This document shows positions 40,584-49,721 of a stretch of DNA of 64,000 nt, piece by piece (position 1 is the stretch's first letter; the number at the start of each line of letters is the position of its first letter). The stretch spans positions 1 through 64,000 of the IMG/VR virus record IMGVR_UViG_3300036886_000243; one strand, given 5' to 3'. The notes below the pieces were generated by a model. That model had not been told where the DNA came from. It did not search any database and saw nothing but the letters and a program-made list of their open reading frames with translations. The stretch is from a virus. The translations under genes and the position numbers were made by a program.

Positions 40584-41081
40584 ATGGGCGATTCAAAACG
40601 CTTTGATTTATTTGCAGAGTATATTGCTCGCAACTTTCCTGTTTCAAAATATAAGCGTGTAGCTGATATTGCTGGTGGCCAAGGTTACCTACAGCAAGCT
40701 CTCCGTAAGTTAAGCTATGATGTCACTACGTTTGATAAGCGCCATAAACATGTTAAGAGCAACAAGATTCAATACAAGTTCAAGTATTTCGACTCTAGTA
40801 TAAAGGACGACTATGATCTCTTAGTGGGAATGCATCCAGACGAAGCGACTGACATTATCATAGCTGAAGCTATTAAAAGGAACATTCCCTTTGTAGTTGT
40901 CCCTTGCTGCATTAAACCAACTGTCACGACATTCAAAGGTCAACAGGACTACAAAGCATGGGTCAATCATCTCAAGTTTTTTGCTATGCGACAAGGATAT
41001 CACGTAGAGGAATACCAACTGAAAATGGCCGGAAAAAATATTCTTCTAAAAGGTTCGCCTAAATCTGCTTCACGGCGCTGA
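40584..41081 (+). CDS. SAM-dependent methyltransferase (Methyltransf_32/UPF0146-like)
   Basis: VADIAGGQGYL, LVGMHPDEATD, PFVVVPCC. Confidence 0.75.
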   Translation: MGDSKRFDLFAEYIARNFPVSKYKRVADIAGGQGYLQQALRKLSYDVTTFDKRHKHVKSNKIQYKFKYFDSSIKDDYDLLVGMHPDEATDIIIAEAIKRNIPFVVVPCCIKPTVTTFKGQQDYKAWVNHLKFFAMRQGYHVEEYQLKMAGKNILLKGSPKSASRR

Positions 41082-41087
41082 GAAGTT

Positions 41088-41105
41088 TCGAACGCGGCAT
41101 ATATT
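41088..41105 (+). promoter_or_regulatory. Variant TCGAACG-N5-TATATT promoter
   Basis: Same spacing as the TCGACAG class, upstream of a strong SD aggaggt. Confidence 0.5.
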
Positions 41106-41144
41106 AAGGCAAAGAGATTCACCATCAACCAATAGGAGGTAAAG

Positions 41145-41576
41145 ATGGACGACACCAAGAAGAAGACGACTCCGGCTCCGGTTGCAGAGCAGACCGATTC
41201 AACTCCGGCTGCGGCCTCCGCCGCCCCTGTAGTCGCCGCCCCCAAGAAGGCATCCCCCGCAAAGAAGCCAGTCGGCACCAAGCCCACCCAGGGCACGAAG
41301 GGCACCAAGCCCACGAAGTCGACCGGTGACAAGCCGAAGGCCCCGAAGGCTCCCAAGGCCCCCGTGGCCCCGAAGACTCCCCGGGTGAAGAAGTCCGCCG
41401 AGGACAAGAGACTCGCTCGCCGGGCCAGGGCCAAGAACCGACGGGTCAAGGCGAAGGCTGCCAAGCTCCACATTTCCGAAGCCGAAGTCCTGAAGCGCAT
41501 GGCCGAACGGAAGACCAATGCCGCGGCACGGAAGGCCGAGAAGGCCACCAAGATGGCCGCCAAGAAATCGGCCTAG
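41145..41576 (+). CDS. Histone H1-like K/A/P-rich basic protein
   Basis: PKAPKAPKAP, KKASPAKK; GC-rich codons; SD aggaggt. Confidence 0.7.
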   Translation: MDDTKKKTTPAPVAEQTDSTPAAASAAPVVAAPKKASPAKKPVGTKPTQGTKGTKPTKSTGDKPKAPKAPKAPVAPKTPRVKKSAEDKRLARRARAKNRRVKAKAAKLHISEAEVLKRMAERKTNAAARKAEKATKMAAKKSA

Positions 41577-41592
41577 CTCCATCATCCTGATC

Positions 41593-41626
41593 ACTGAGGC
41601 TGCCTGGGTATTTCGGCAGCCTCAGT
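41593..41626 (+). terminator. 12-bp stem-loop without U-tract (terminator or processing site)
   Basis: actgaggctgcc-tgggtatttc-ggcagcctcagt. Confidence 0.55.
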
Positions 41627-41644
41627 CGCGTGTAAAGGGAAATA

Positions 41645-41824
41645 ATGGCTACCAAGGAAGAAGTCTTGGCAATGCTCAAGTGGAAACCAAATCCTGAGTA
41701 CGTTTGCTTAGACTGTGGTAATACTTCTGATTTTCAAGCAATTCAGGCTGACTACGATCTTCAGCTAGAATGTCTAACTTGTGGGAGTAAGAGAGTAACG
41801 GAAAAACAACAGCTTCGACAGTGA
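41645..41824 (+). CDS. Small zinc-ribbon protein
   Basis: Manual translation: YVCLDCGN..LECLTCGS. Confidence 0.55.
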   Translation: MATKEEVLAMLKWKPNPEYVCLDCGNTSDFQAIQADYDLQLECLTCGSKRVTEKQQLRQ

Positions 41825-41832
41825 TATATTAT
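41815..41832 (+). promoter_or_regulatory. TCGACAG-N5-TATTAT promoter
   Basis: Upstream of SD aggagg and ATG 41855. Confidence 0.7.
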
Positions 41833-41854
41833 AAAGCATCAGGAGGAACCTGCA

Positions 41855-42430
41855 ATGGCTTTCGGTAGAAGAAGTCGGATAACTGGGGATGAGGCGGTAG
41901 TCGCCCAGTCCACCAGCAGCAAGCTTGGCGAGGAAATGCAGTGGTTCTATGATCAGGTCAGGACCTTCCGAGGCAAGGTGACCGATGAAGCTATTGCAAA
42001 GGTTGAGGCGGAAATCGAGGAAAGGCACATTTGCCACCTGGTCGATATCTGTACTCTCTTCGGCTGGGCAAAGGGAACTCACACAGAGCTTCGCAATAAA
42101 CTGTCTCACCTGTCCTATGTAATACTCATGAACAATAACGGCCAGGCAGATACAGCAACTATCCTCTTCTCCGCTATGAAGAGGGGTCTCAAGGATGACT
42201 ACAAAGACCCAGTTGACTTGGTCCTATCCAAGAAAGAGAGCCGGAAGGCCAGGAAGCTCAGGAAGTCCCTCGAGAAAAACGACATTGACCTTGCCAAGAA
42301 ACTCAGACTGCCCAAGACTGACGACGCCAAGGCGGCTTCTAGGAAGAAGAGGCAGGAAATTCGGAAGGCTGCTAAGGCTGCTGGACTTTCTACAGCCGAC
42401 TACAAAGCGAAGATAGAGAAGGCAAGCTAA
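41855..42430 (+). CDS. Hypothetical protein with basic C-terminal tail
   Basis: SD aggagg; GC-rich codons. Confidence 0.65.
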   Translation: MAFGRRSRITGDEAVVAQSTSSKLGEEMQWFYDQVRTFRGKVTDEAIAKVEAEIEERHICHLVDICTLFGWAKGTHTELRNKLSHLSYVILMNNNGQADTATILFSAMKRGLKDDYKDPVDLVLSKKESRKARKLRKSLEKNDIDLAKKLRLPKTDDAKAASRKKRQEIRKAAKAAGLSTADYKAKIEKAS

Positions 42431-42432
42431 AA

Positions 42433-42669
42433 ATGATCTGGTTCATTCTAACCATATTTCTCACCTGGTGGCTGATCGGATTCACCGGAATTGCTTTTTG
42501 GTGGATGGGAGAATTCGGCGACCTCGAAGGATATGTCAACATGTCAATCGCGTTCGGATTGATAACTGGCATATTCTCTTGGCTCATTGGTATTTTCATT
42601 CACGAGCCGTGGAACTGGTATCATCCGTGGAGGTATGATCACCGTAAGCCGTTCTGGATAAATGACTGA
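42433..42669 (+). CDS. Small membrane protein
   Basis: Two hydrophobic helices. Confidence 0.55.
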   Translation: MIWFILTIFLTWWLIGFTGIAFWWMGEFGDLEGYVNMSIAFGLITGIFSWLIGIFIHEPWNWYHPWRYDHRKPFWIND

Positions 42670-42680
42670 ATACATTTACG

Positions 42681-43448
42681 GTGAAGCTCTGCCTACTTCA
42701 AGCCAAAGCTAGACTTCTACGAAAAAGGAATGAGTCAATGATCGAACGAACCATTGAATATATCCAAGACGACGAGAAGGCAACACTTCATATCATCGAG
42801 CGGCTCGCCGAATACTACGACGACGACAAAAAACATCTGAAAGAAATCAGTCTCATAGTAGACAATCAATTCAGTGGCGATCATAGAGGCTATTGGCCAA
42901 ACGGCTCTATCAAGTTCCGGCATCATTACACTCACGGCGTCTTTCATGGGGCCTACTATGAATACGACGAGAACGGCAAAATCATTACACGACTTTTCTA
43001 TTGTAATGGCGAACTGTCTAATTCGCCGAATGCAAACAAGCCTATCACAATCAAAACTATCAACCAGTATGGCCTTCAGGAAATGTTGGAATGGCTCAAG
43101 CACGCCAAGAAGCCATTCGACTATTTGCCTGGAGGTTTCAAGGTTCACACCAACTCCAATCGGCTAAAGCTTTTCCGCCAAACTCAAACATGCGTAGCCT
43201 GTGGAATCAGAGGTGATCACTTCCAACTCAATTGGACAAAGAACGACGTCATTCCTCACTTGAATATGTACGCTACCAAAAACGGAGCCTCTATTCTGAT
43301 GACAAGAGATCATATCGAACCGAAGTCATTAGGTGGCGGTAACGGTTTGGCTAACTCTCAAGTCATGTGCTGCCATTGTAATAGTAAGAAGGGGAACAAA
43401 AGAGATCACGAGCTAGCTCAGGGTTTTTGGAAAGTAAAAGCAAGTTAA
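42681..43448 (+). CDS. MORN-like repeats fused to an HNH endonuclease (start may be 42738)
   Basis: GYWPNGSIK..HGAYYEYDENGK; CVACG..TRDHIEPKSLGGGNGLANSQVMCCHCNSKKG. Confidence 0.75.
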   Translation: MKLCLLQAKARLLRKRNESMIERTIEYIQDDEKATLHIIERLAEYYDDDKKHLKEISLIVDNQFSGDHRGYWPNGSIKFRHHYTHGVFHGAYYEYDENGKIITRLFYCNGELSNSPNANKPITIKTINQYGLQEMLEWLKHAKKPFDYLPGGFKVHTNSNRLKLFRQTQTCVACGIRGDHFQLNWTKNDVIPHLNMYATKNGASILMTRDHIEPKSLGGGNGLANSQVMCCHCNSKKGNKRDHELAQGFWKVKAS

Positions 43449-43486
43449 TAATAAATGAGACATAAAAAAATGTCAAGGAGAATTTC

Positions 43487-44476
43487 ATGAGTTTGGGTTT
43501 TACAATTGCAATTGTTCTTTGGTTTCTTGCCTTTGGTTTTATAGGCTATCTAATCGGTAATTCAAAAAAGCAACCGATCCTTGGTCTTGTGTTGGGTTTT
43601 CTTTTGGGGCCGATTGGGATTGCTATCATTCTGCTTCTTAAATCAAAAGCGGCGCCTACTACAAGCGGAGGCAAGGCTACGCTTGAATTTACTCATAACG
43701 TTTCACCAACAAGTATCAAGACAGCAGCAAGAACGCTAGCAGCACCAGCGAAAGTAGCTGCCGAATCTGTTGCTGTAATAGATCCGAATAGCGGAATGAA
43801 TATTGTCAATAATGATTTTCAAGCTGCGTATGATGCTCTGGATCAATATATGACAACAAATCAAACGGCCACTGTCGAATATCTTACGCCCTCAGAGTTT
43901 ACAATCAAGACCTATGGAATAGACTTCTATGGCTCAGCTGGTAATAGCATTTTATTTGGAAATACTGATCAATCAATTGATTTTATTGATGCCCCAACAT
44001 CTATTACATCAGATATAAAATCCGACACTTATATTTGCTTTGAATTTGATTTAACCCAAGGAGGAGAAATTAAATTTGGTGGAAGTAACATTGTCACTAC
44101 TTTTAAAGACCTCCTTTCAAATTTCATAAATAGCGATTTGTTTGCTGTTATTGGTTACACTTCATGGCCGACAGATGATCCATATCTTGTACCAGATAAT
44201 ATCACAACTTTCGCTTGGGCAAGCGATACGACACCACTTAGCTATCATAGACCAAGCGATCCGAATGGACATCTACCATTACTTCTTGGTAACAACAATA
44301 GTTTCCCACTTCCAATTGATGCTGTAGCAAACAACTATACACTGACACTTAATTGGGATCTCGCCAATATCATTGCGCACTATAACATTAACGCAAAGGA
44401 TTATTATATTTTGAACAAAGATTTCATGGATAGGATGACTGTCACAGTTTTAGCAACTGCGATAGCGGCACAATGA
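43487..44476 (+). CDS. Membrane-anchored protein with a large soluble domain
   Basis: Two N-terminal TM segments (LGLVLGFLLGPIGIAII); caagttaa at 43441; SD aaggag. Confidence 0.6.
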   Translation: MSLGFTIAIVLWFLAFGFIGYLIGNSKKQPILGLVLGFLLGPIGIAIILLLKSKAAPTTSGGKATLEFTHNVSPTSIKTAARTLAAPAKVAAESVAVIDPNSGMNIVNNDFQAAYDALDQYMTTNQTATVEYLTPSEFTIKTYGIDFYGSAGNSILFGNTDQSIDFIDAPTSITSDIKSDTYICFEFDLTQGGEIKFGGSNIVTTFKDLLSNFINSDLFAVIGYTSWPTDDPYLVPDNITTFAWASDTTPLSYHRPSDPNGHLPLLLGNNNSFPLPIDAVANNYTLTLNWDLANIIAHYNINAKDYYILNKDFMDRMTVTVLATAIAAQ

Positions 44477-44844
44477 GTAAAAAAGAACCAAAAGACCCAG
44501 TGAAATGGAATGGCTTCAATTACATGGAGCTGAAAGATTATGTGGGGCCGGAAGTCCGGCTCCATCCTTTTCTTTACGGAGATAAAATAGATCTTGACAA
44601 AGTAGTCATTGAAGGTTTCATCGTCGAGCTTCACAACATAATTACAAAGACTGTTACACAGGATAATGGAGAGGCTATCTCTCCACCAACTGAATTGGAA
44701 CTTAAAAAAGTCACAGTCTCGAAAAAGAAGGGTGTGAACCGAAGAGTAGAAATTGAATTTGCTCTTCCCGTTCAATCATACAAGCAGCATACGGTAGAAG
44801 AAGAGGCTTTAGATGACGACGACGGCGACCCATGCTCGATATAA
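44473..44844 (+). CDS. Hypothetical protein
   Basis: ATGA coupling. Confidence 0.5.
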   Translation: MSKKEPKDPVKWNGFNYMELKDYVGPEVRLHPFLYGDKIDLDKVVIEGFIVELHNIITKTVTQDNGEAISPPTELELKKVTVSKKKGVNRRVEIEFALPVQSYKQHTVEEEALDDDDGDPCSI

Positions 44845-45670
44845 TCTTTACAGGCAATTGCACATCTCAAGAAAGAAGGGTGTTCGTCTAGGTCAAGAAG
44901 CACTAGACATTTGTACCAATGGGTACTACATGGCACCTTCTGGCAACGAAGTTGATTTCACTTCCTTGCTTCTTCACGCTATGGAAGCGACATTATCCTA
45001 TCCGGAAGACCTAGAACTCTTACCGCCAAAGAATAACGGATTCACTACTACCTATGAAGTCCGCAACGAAACTACTCTCGCTGCAACCCGTAGATTAAAC
45101 ACTAAAGGCTTTCATCCAGTCGCTTTGAATATGGCATCAGCACACCGACCAGGAGGCGGCTTCCTTTCTGGAGCCGCCGCCCAAGAAGAATACTTGTGTC
45201 GGTCTTCCGCTCTTTATCCATGTCTTCTGGATAACCCAATGTATTCTTTGCCACGCGATCCATTCGCTACTGATTATACAATTTATTCTCCCGACGTTCC
45301 TATATTTAGGAACGATGAGGGAAGGCTGTTGGAAGCAGTAGAGCTTTATTCTGTCCTCACATGTGCTGCGGTCCACGCAAGAGTCATTGGCAGAGACATG
45401 CCAGAAAGAGTTTCTGAAATCAAGCCCGTTATGGAAAAGCGTATCAAAAGACTTCTCAACATCGCAGCTATCCAAAACCATAACTCTCTAGTTCTCGGAG
45501 CTTGGGGATGTGGCGTTTTTGAAAATAGCGGAGAGCTGATTGCTTCTCTTTTCAAGAAAGCTCTCAGGCACGAATTTAAGGGCGTCTTCAGTAAGGTAGT
45601 CTTTGCTATTGCTGATTGGTCTATAGAACAGAAATTCATCGAGCCATTTATCAAAGCTTTTGCAAAATGA
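44813..45670 (+). CDS. Microbial-type poly(ADP-ribose) glycohydrolase (TIGR02452/DUF2263 macrodomain)
   Basis: ALNMASAHRPGGGFLSGAAAQEEYLCRSSALY; IYSPDVPIFR; LVLGAWGCGVFEN. Confidence 0.9.
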   Translation: MTTTATHARYNLYRQLHISRKKGVRLGQEALDICTNGYYMAPSGNEVDFTSLLLHAMEATLSYPEDLELLPPKNNGFTTTYEVRNETTLAATRRLNTKGFHPVALNMASAHRPGGGFLSGAAAQEEYLCRSSALYPCLLDNPMYSLPRDPFATDYTIYSPDVPIFRNDEGRLLEAVELYSVLTCAAVHARVIGRDMPERVSEIKPVMEKRIKRLLNIAAIQNHNSLVLGAWGCGVFENSGELIASLFKKALRHEFKGVFSKVVFAIADWSIEQKFIEPFIKAFAK

Positions 45671-46134
45671 AAAAGCCTCTATTCCTTTTGCTATTTTTTA
45701 GTGTCGCCCAACTTTTCGCTGATCCCATTATCGGCTCTCGGCAACTGACAATCGATGTTGCTTATGCATACGTCCTAACTCACATGACTTATGTCAGCGA
45801 CACTGAATTGTATAAGGTGCACGAGGGAAGCTATGCTCCCTCACAAGAAGAGGTAGTCGCTCACAACTTCAAAGGTGACTGTAAAGCCTATGCCGTTTTA
45901 TTTGCATATATTGTCCATCGTATGTTGCCAGATGCAAAGATCGAATTCGTAGCTGTATATCAAAAGCATCACACTATGGGACACATGGAAGTTGATGTAG
46001 ATGGAACGCGATATTTCTGCGCCAAAGGCTACGCCATTGAAGTTCACAAGTGGAGCTATGATGAATATATGAACATAGTCCACTCAACGCATGATTTAGA
46101 AGTACCTGAATCAGATCTAATTAAAATACAATAA
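45667..46134 (+). CDS. Secreted transglutaminase-like cysteine protease
   Basis: Signal peptide MKKPLFLLLFFSVAQLFA; YVSD..KGDCKAYAV..GHM. Confidence 0.6.
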   Translation: MKKPLFLLLFFSVAQLFADPIIGSRQLTIDVAYAYVLTHMTYVSDTELYKVHEGSYAPSQEEVVAHNFKGDCKAYAVLFAYIVHRMLPDAKIEFVAVYQKHHTMGHMEVDVDGTRYFCAKGYAIEVHKWSYDEYMNIVHSTHDLEVPESDLIKIQ

Positions 46135-46137
46135 GCA

Positions 46138-46155
46138 TCGACAGTGATTTATTAT
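46138..46155 (+). promoter_or_regulatory. TCGACAG-N5-TATTAT promoter
   Basis: Upstream of SD ggagg and ATG 46173. Confidence 0.7.
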
Positions 46156-46172
46156 GTTCTTGTGGAGGACAC

Positions 46173-46574
46173 ATGAACCTTGAGATTCTTTCTGAAGACG
46201 TGAAAGAGTTTTGTCGAAGGGCTTCATCCAAGCAGGAGCTGGGAATGTCTTTCATCCAAGCAAACACAGAAGTCCTCAACGAGGTGCTCCCGAACTATGA
46301 AGCCTTTTGGCAGTTGGTCATCTTGGCCGTCATCTGCCGTCGCGGCGATTTTAGCGGCGACATTTTCATGGATTACTTCCTAGACCACACTGACCAGAAA
46401 ATCCACAAATTTGTATGGCAAGAGTTGGCTATCAATCGTCAGAATGGACTTGGTATTGGCAAGATGCACTTGAGCCACAAAGAGTGGAATGAAGAAGTCA
46501 AAGAGCTCATGGACATCATGGCCCAGAAAGACAAACGGACCGCTACCACTTGGCCCCTGACTTCAGAGGCATAA
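46173..46574 (+). CDS. Hypothetical protein
   Basis: SD ggagg. Confidence 0.6.
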   Translation: MNLEILSEDVKEFCRRASSKQELGMSFIQANTEVLNEVLPNYEAFWQLVILAVICRRGDFSGDIFMDYFLDHTDQKIHKFVWQELAINRQNGLGIGKMHLSHKEWNEEVKELMDIMAQKDKRTATTWPLTSEA

Positions 46575-46592
46575 AATTCCCAGGGAAAAGTT

Positions 46593-46610
46593 TCGACAGA
46601 ATGGTATTAT
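46593..46610 (+). promoter_or_regulatory. TCGACAG-N5-TATTAT promoter
   Basis: Upstream of aggagg and ATG 46634. Confidence 0.7.
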
Positions 46611-46633
46611 ATTCTATCAGGAGGAAGAAGGAA

Positions 46634-47233
46634 ATGGCGAAGAACTTCATGGATCAGGCAAAGGCAGCGGCTTCTACGGCAAAACCGGCCGCGAAGAAAT
46701 CTTCAGTTCCGGTCATCACCGACGCCCCGGCCGATGTCACGGCGGCAGTCAAGGCCTATGTCAAGGCAGTGGATTCCAAGAAGGAAGCCGAAGCCGAAAT
46801 GGCCAACCAGTTCACGGTGGTCGATGAATTCGTCACCAAGGTCCAGGACGAGAAGGCTTTCAAGGGTTCCTTCTCCAAGTCCTACAAGGTTCAGCTTGAC
46901 ACCGGAGACACGGTTCTCTACTCCAGCCAGAATCGCTTCAAGATCAACCCTGAGGCCGAAGAGGACATCAAGGCTCTCCTCGGAGACAACTTCGGGGCTA
47001 TGGTCCAGGAGAAGCTCACGGTCACGGTCAAGGAAGAGGTTTTCGAGGACGAGGCTCTGATGAAGGAGCTCGGCGAACTCCTCGGGGACAACTTCTCCAA
47101 GTTCTTCAACTCGAAGATGGAGCTCAAGGTCAAAGACAACTTCGACGAGAAGATCTTCGCAGTGGCCAAGACCGCCAAGAAGCTGGCCGAGGTCAGGACC
47201 TTCATCGAACCCTGGAAGCACACCCTCAAGTAG
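46634..47233 (+). CDS. Hypothetical protein, strongly codon-biased (probably highly expressed early)
   Basis: MAKNFMDQAK; almost all C/G-ending codons; own promoter and terminator. Confidence 0.7.
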   Translation: MAKNFMDQAKAAASTAKPAAKKSSVPVITDAPADVTAAVKAYVKAVDSKKEAEAEMANQFTVVDEFVTKVQDEKAFKGSFSKSYKVQLDTGDTVLYSSQNRFKINPEAEEDIKALLGDNFGAMVQEKLTVTVKEEVFEDEALMKELGELLGDNFSKFFNSKMELKVKDNFDEKIFAVAKTAKKLAEVRTFIEPWKHTLK

Positions 47234-47261
47234 GGCATACTTCCTACCAGGACAATCCAAG

Positions 47262-47288
47262 ATGGCCGGTTATCCGGCCATTTCTTTT
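47262..47288 (+). terminator. Intrinsic terminator
   Basis: atggccgg-ttat-ccggccat-ttctttt. Confidence 0.8.
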
Positions 47289-47304
47289 GCGTAAAGGATC
47301 ACAT

Positions 47305-47613
47305 ATGACTGAAGAAAACATTGGTATCGTAAGAGAGTTGAGGACGCACCAGGAGTGCACTCGACAGGATGCTAAGGTTGTGATCAAGATCTTGAAGGAT
47401 AAGAACGTTACTGTCATGGATAAATTAGCCATGCTATTCGCGTTTTCTACCAACGATAGATTTCTTGAGACTTTCCTTGATCGGAAACCAGAAGTCGACT
47501 ATTGGATTATAAAAAATCTGAAAGATCTAAACGAAGGTAACGAAAACTACGAAGAAGATAGGTCATTACTATACAAAGCAATTGCCAATGAATGGCTGAA
47601 GGAGACGACATGA
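47305..47613 (+). CDS. Hypothetical protein
   Basis: SD aagga before MTEEN. Confidence 0.5.
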   Translation: MTEENIGIVRELRTHQECTRQDAKVVIKILKDKNVTVMDKLAMLFAFSTNDRFLETFLDRKPEVDYWIIKNLKDLNEGNENYEEDRSLLYKAIANEWLKETT

Positions 47614-47970
47614 AATGTGCTTGTGGTTTCAAAGGCAAGTTCGTTCCACTTGGGAATGTCAACTCAGCTAATTTGGGAATGTACTACATTCTCAAGCCTA
47701 AAATGGAATCCAAGTATGAAGGCCTGGTAGAGCTTTACGTCTGCCCCAAATGCAAGACCGTTAAAGCTCTAACTGACAAGGAGGCTAAATGATTCTCTAC
47801 CACGACATTCCTGTACAGATCACAGATTCTTTCGTCAATAAGCTCAACGGCGAAATCTGTGTTAAGATTTCTACTGCTAATGAAAATCGTTGGTCAAACG
47901 GTTGGGTCCGAGGCAGCGATCTTACTTTTGTCGAGGGCGAAACTCTTGAATCTACTTTAAGGAGACTTTA

Positions 47971-48411
47971 ATGACAGCAAAAGAAATCGTAGACTTCGTC
48001 GTAGGTTGGCTTGAAGCTGGCCAAGCAAAGCGAACTCAGACGTTTTCTGAGGTAGCTCTCACCGGACAGTTCGGCACAGAAAGCCATTACAACCAGGATG
48101 ATGTCGAGAATCTCTATCAGCGCCTTGTGAAGCTGGACGAAATGGATGCAGTTTTGGTTATCAAGTGCATCTTAGAAAAGCTGAACTTCGCCGATCCTTC
48201 TATCCTCGACTCTGTCATGTCTTCGCACAACAGTCACTTTGATAAGACAGTCATCAAGATACTGAGCCAATACCAGCCGCTTTCACCGCCTACTCCTGTT
48301 TTGCTTGGGCGAATCCGGCGGTCCAAAAAGAATCCGCCAGTTGATAACCCTATGCGCAGCATCTTCGATCAACGGTGGGCAGAGGTTCAAGCCGCTTCGA
48401 CAGTATCTTAG
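47971..48411 (+). CDS. Hypothetical protein
   Basis: TAATG coupling, SD aaggag. Confidence 0.55.
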   Translation: MTAKEIVDFVVGWLEAGQAKRTQTFSEVALTGQFGTESHYNQDDVENLYQRLVKLDEMDAVLVIKCILEKLNFADPSILDSVMSSHNSHFDKTVIKILSQYQPLSPPTPVLLGRIRRSKKNPPVDNPMRSIFDQRWAEVQAASTVS

Positions 48412-48414
48412 AAT
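48397..48414 (+). promoter_or_regulatory. TCGACAG-N5-TAGAAT promoter
   Basis: ATG 48421 is 6 nt after the hexamer, no SD (leaderless geometry). Confidence 0.65.
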
Positions 48415-48420
48415 GATCGT

Positions 48421-49029
48421 ATGGAGATCACTACCTTTTCTTACTTCTATCCCGAAAAGCCGACCCTGATTTCAAAGGATCAGGATCTTTTCAAAAACAT
48501 CATCAAGTCGGGTCAATATGTAGCGGAGCGGAAGTATAACGGAATGAGACTTCAACTCCACTATCTCAACGGAAAGTTTCAGTGCTGGAATCGCCATCAT
48601 GAAGATCTGAGCCAGACGATCAAGTTCTGCCCCGAAGGTGCTTTGGCGGGAGCTCTGGCTGCTCTTCCTCTCAAAGGCTATTGTCTTTTTGATGGAGAGC
48701 TCCGCCAGAACAAGACCAAGGGTATCAAACAGAAGATGATGCTTTTCGATGTCTTCATCTGGCAAAACGAAATGCTTCTTGGAGTTCCCTTCGCTGAGAG
48801 GCGGCAGATCCTGGCCGACTTGATTCAGGTCGATGGCGACCCGCTCGGTATTCCCTTCCAGTTCGAGGGCGACTTCGAAAAGGTTTTCAACCAGGTCGTC
48901 GTGGACGAAGAGATCGAGGGCTTGGTCATGAAGAAGAAACAAGGCCAGTTCAAAATCAGCCGGAAGAACCCAGTTGACTCCACCTGGATGTATAAGGTTC
49001 GGAAGGCTAACAACAAATATCGATTTTAG
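48421..49029 (+). CDS. ATP-dependent ligase-like protein, adenylation domain only
   Basis: AERKYNGMR (motif I), FDGEL, LFDV, EGLVMKK, WMYKVR; no OB domain. Confidence 0.8.
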   Translation: MEITTFSYFYPEKPTLISKDQDLFKNIIKSGQYVAERKYNGMRLQLHYLNGKFQCWNRHHEDLSQTIKFCPEGALAGALAALPLKGYCLFDGELRQNKTKGIKQKMMLFDVFIWQNEMLLGVPFAERRQILADLIQVDGDPLGIPFQFEGDFEKVFNQVVVDEEIEGLVMKKKQGQFKISRKNPVDSTWMYKVRKANNKYRF

Positions 49030-49036
49030 GAGCAAC

Positions 49037-49405
49037 ATGGACAAGGTAGTTTTGCATAACAAAGCAGTTAGCTTCTTTCTCCGCTCGTATTGGAGATATC
49101 AGAAGATTTCTGACTTTGTTGTAGAAAAAGACGGTGAGAAGTTCACCGTAATAACAAATTTCCCAAAAAACAAAAACACTGGCAATATCTCTTTTAATCC
49201 AAATAGGATTGAGCAGATGTTGAGAGATGATTGCATAGGAGCAATCATTGTCCATTGCTTTGGATCAGACAACTTTGAGGTCTTTGGCATTACAACTATC
49301 AATGATCTTGCTAAAGGTATTGCTAAAACGTGGCAGCCAAACAAGTACGGTTACAATGATTACAAGCTGGCTGCTATTCGCCACCTTAACATTCAGGCGG
49401 CTTAA
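49037..49405 (+). CDS. Hypothetical protein
   Basis: SD aggag before MDKVV. Confidence 0.5.
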   Translation: MDKVVLHNKAVSFFLRSYWRYQKISDFVVEKDGEKFTVITNFPKNKNTGNISFNPNRIEQMLRDDCIGAIIVHCFGSDNFEVFGITTINDLAKGIAKTWQPNKYGYNDYKLAAIRHLNIQAA

Positions 49406-49415
49406 GGAGAATTAC

Positions 49416-49721
49416 ATGGCAAAGAAGAAAACAACGAAGAGACCCAAGAGCTATTACCAGAAGGTAGTAGACAAGATCCGGAAAGATCTTTTGTCCAACG
49501 TGAAAGGTATGCAGTCAGAATCAACTTCCGACGAAGAGCACGCCAGCTACGACGAAACCATCAGCAAAATCAAAGCAGCAAAGACAATCGGCGCTCTTTC
49601 AAACGTTGCCCAAGAAATGGCTTGGGACTACGAGTCCTTCATTGGCCTCTTGCTCGACTCTCTCGGTGGGAAAGAGCCGGTTGATTCGGCAATGTTTGAC
49701 GCTTTCGGTTGGGACACATGA
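49416..49721 (+). CDS. Hypothetical protein
   Basis: SD aaggag before MAKKK. Confidence 0.55.
   Translation: MAKKKTTKRPKSYYQKVVDKIRKDLLSNVKGMQSESTSDEEHASYDETISKIKAAKTIGALSNVAQEMAWDYESFIGLLLDSLGGKEPVDSAMFDAFGWDT

Noticed and set aside
41000-49062. Long antisense or alternate-frame ORFs (e.g. 41000-41563, 46703-47260, 48472-49062)
   Set aside because: They shadow GC3-rich sense genes, which suppress stops in other frames, and they show no SD, promoter or motifs.
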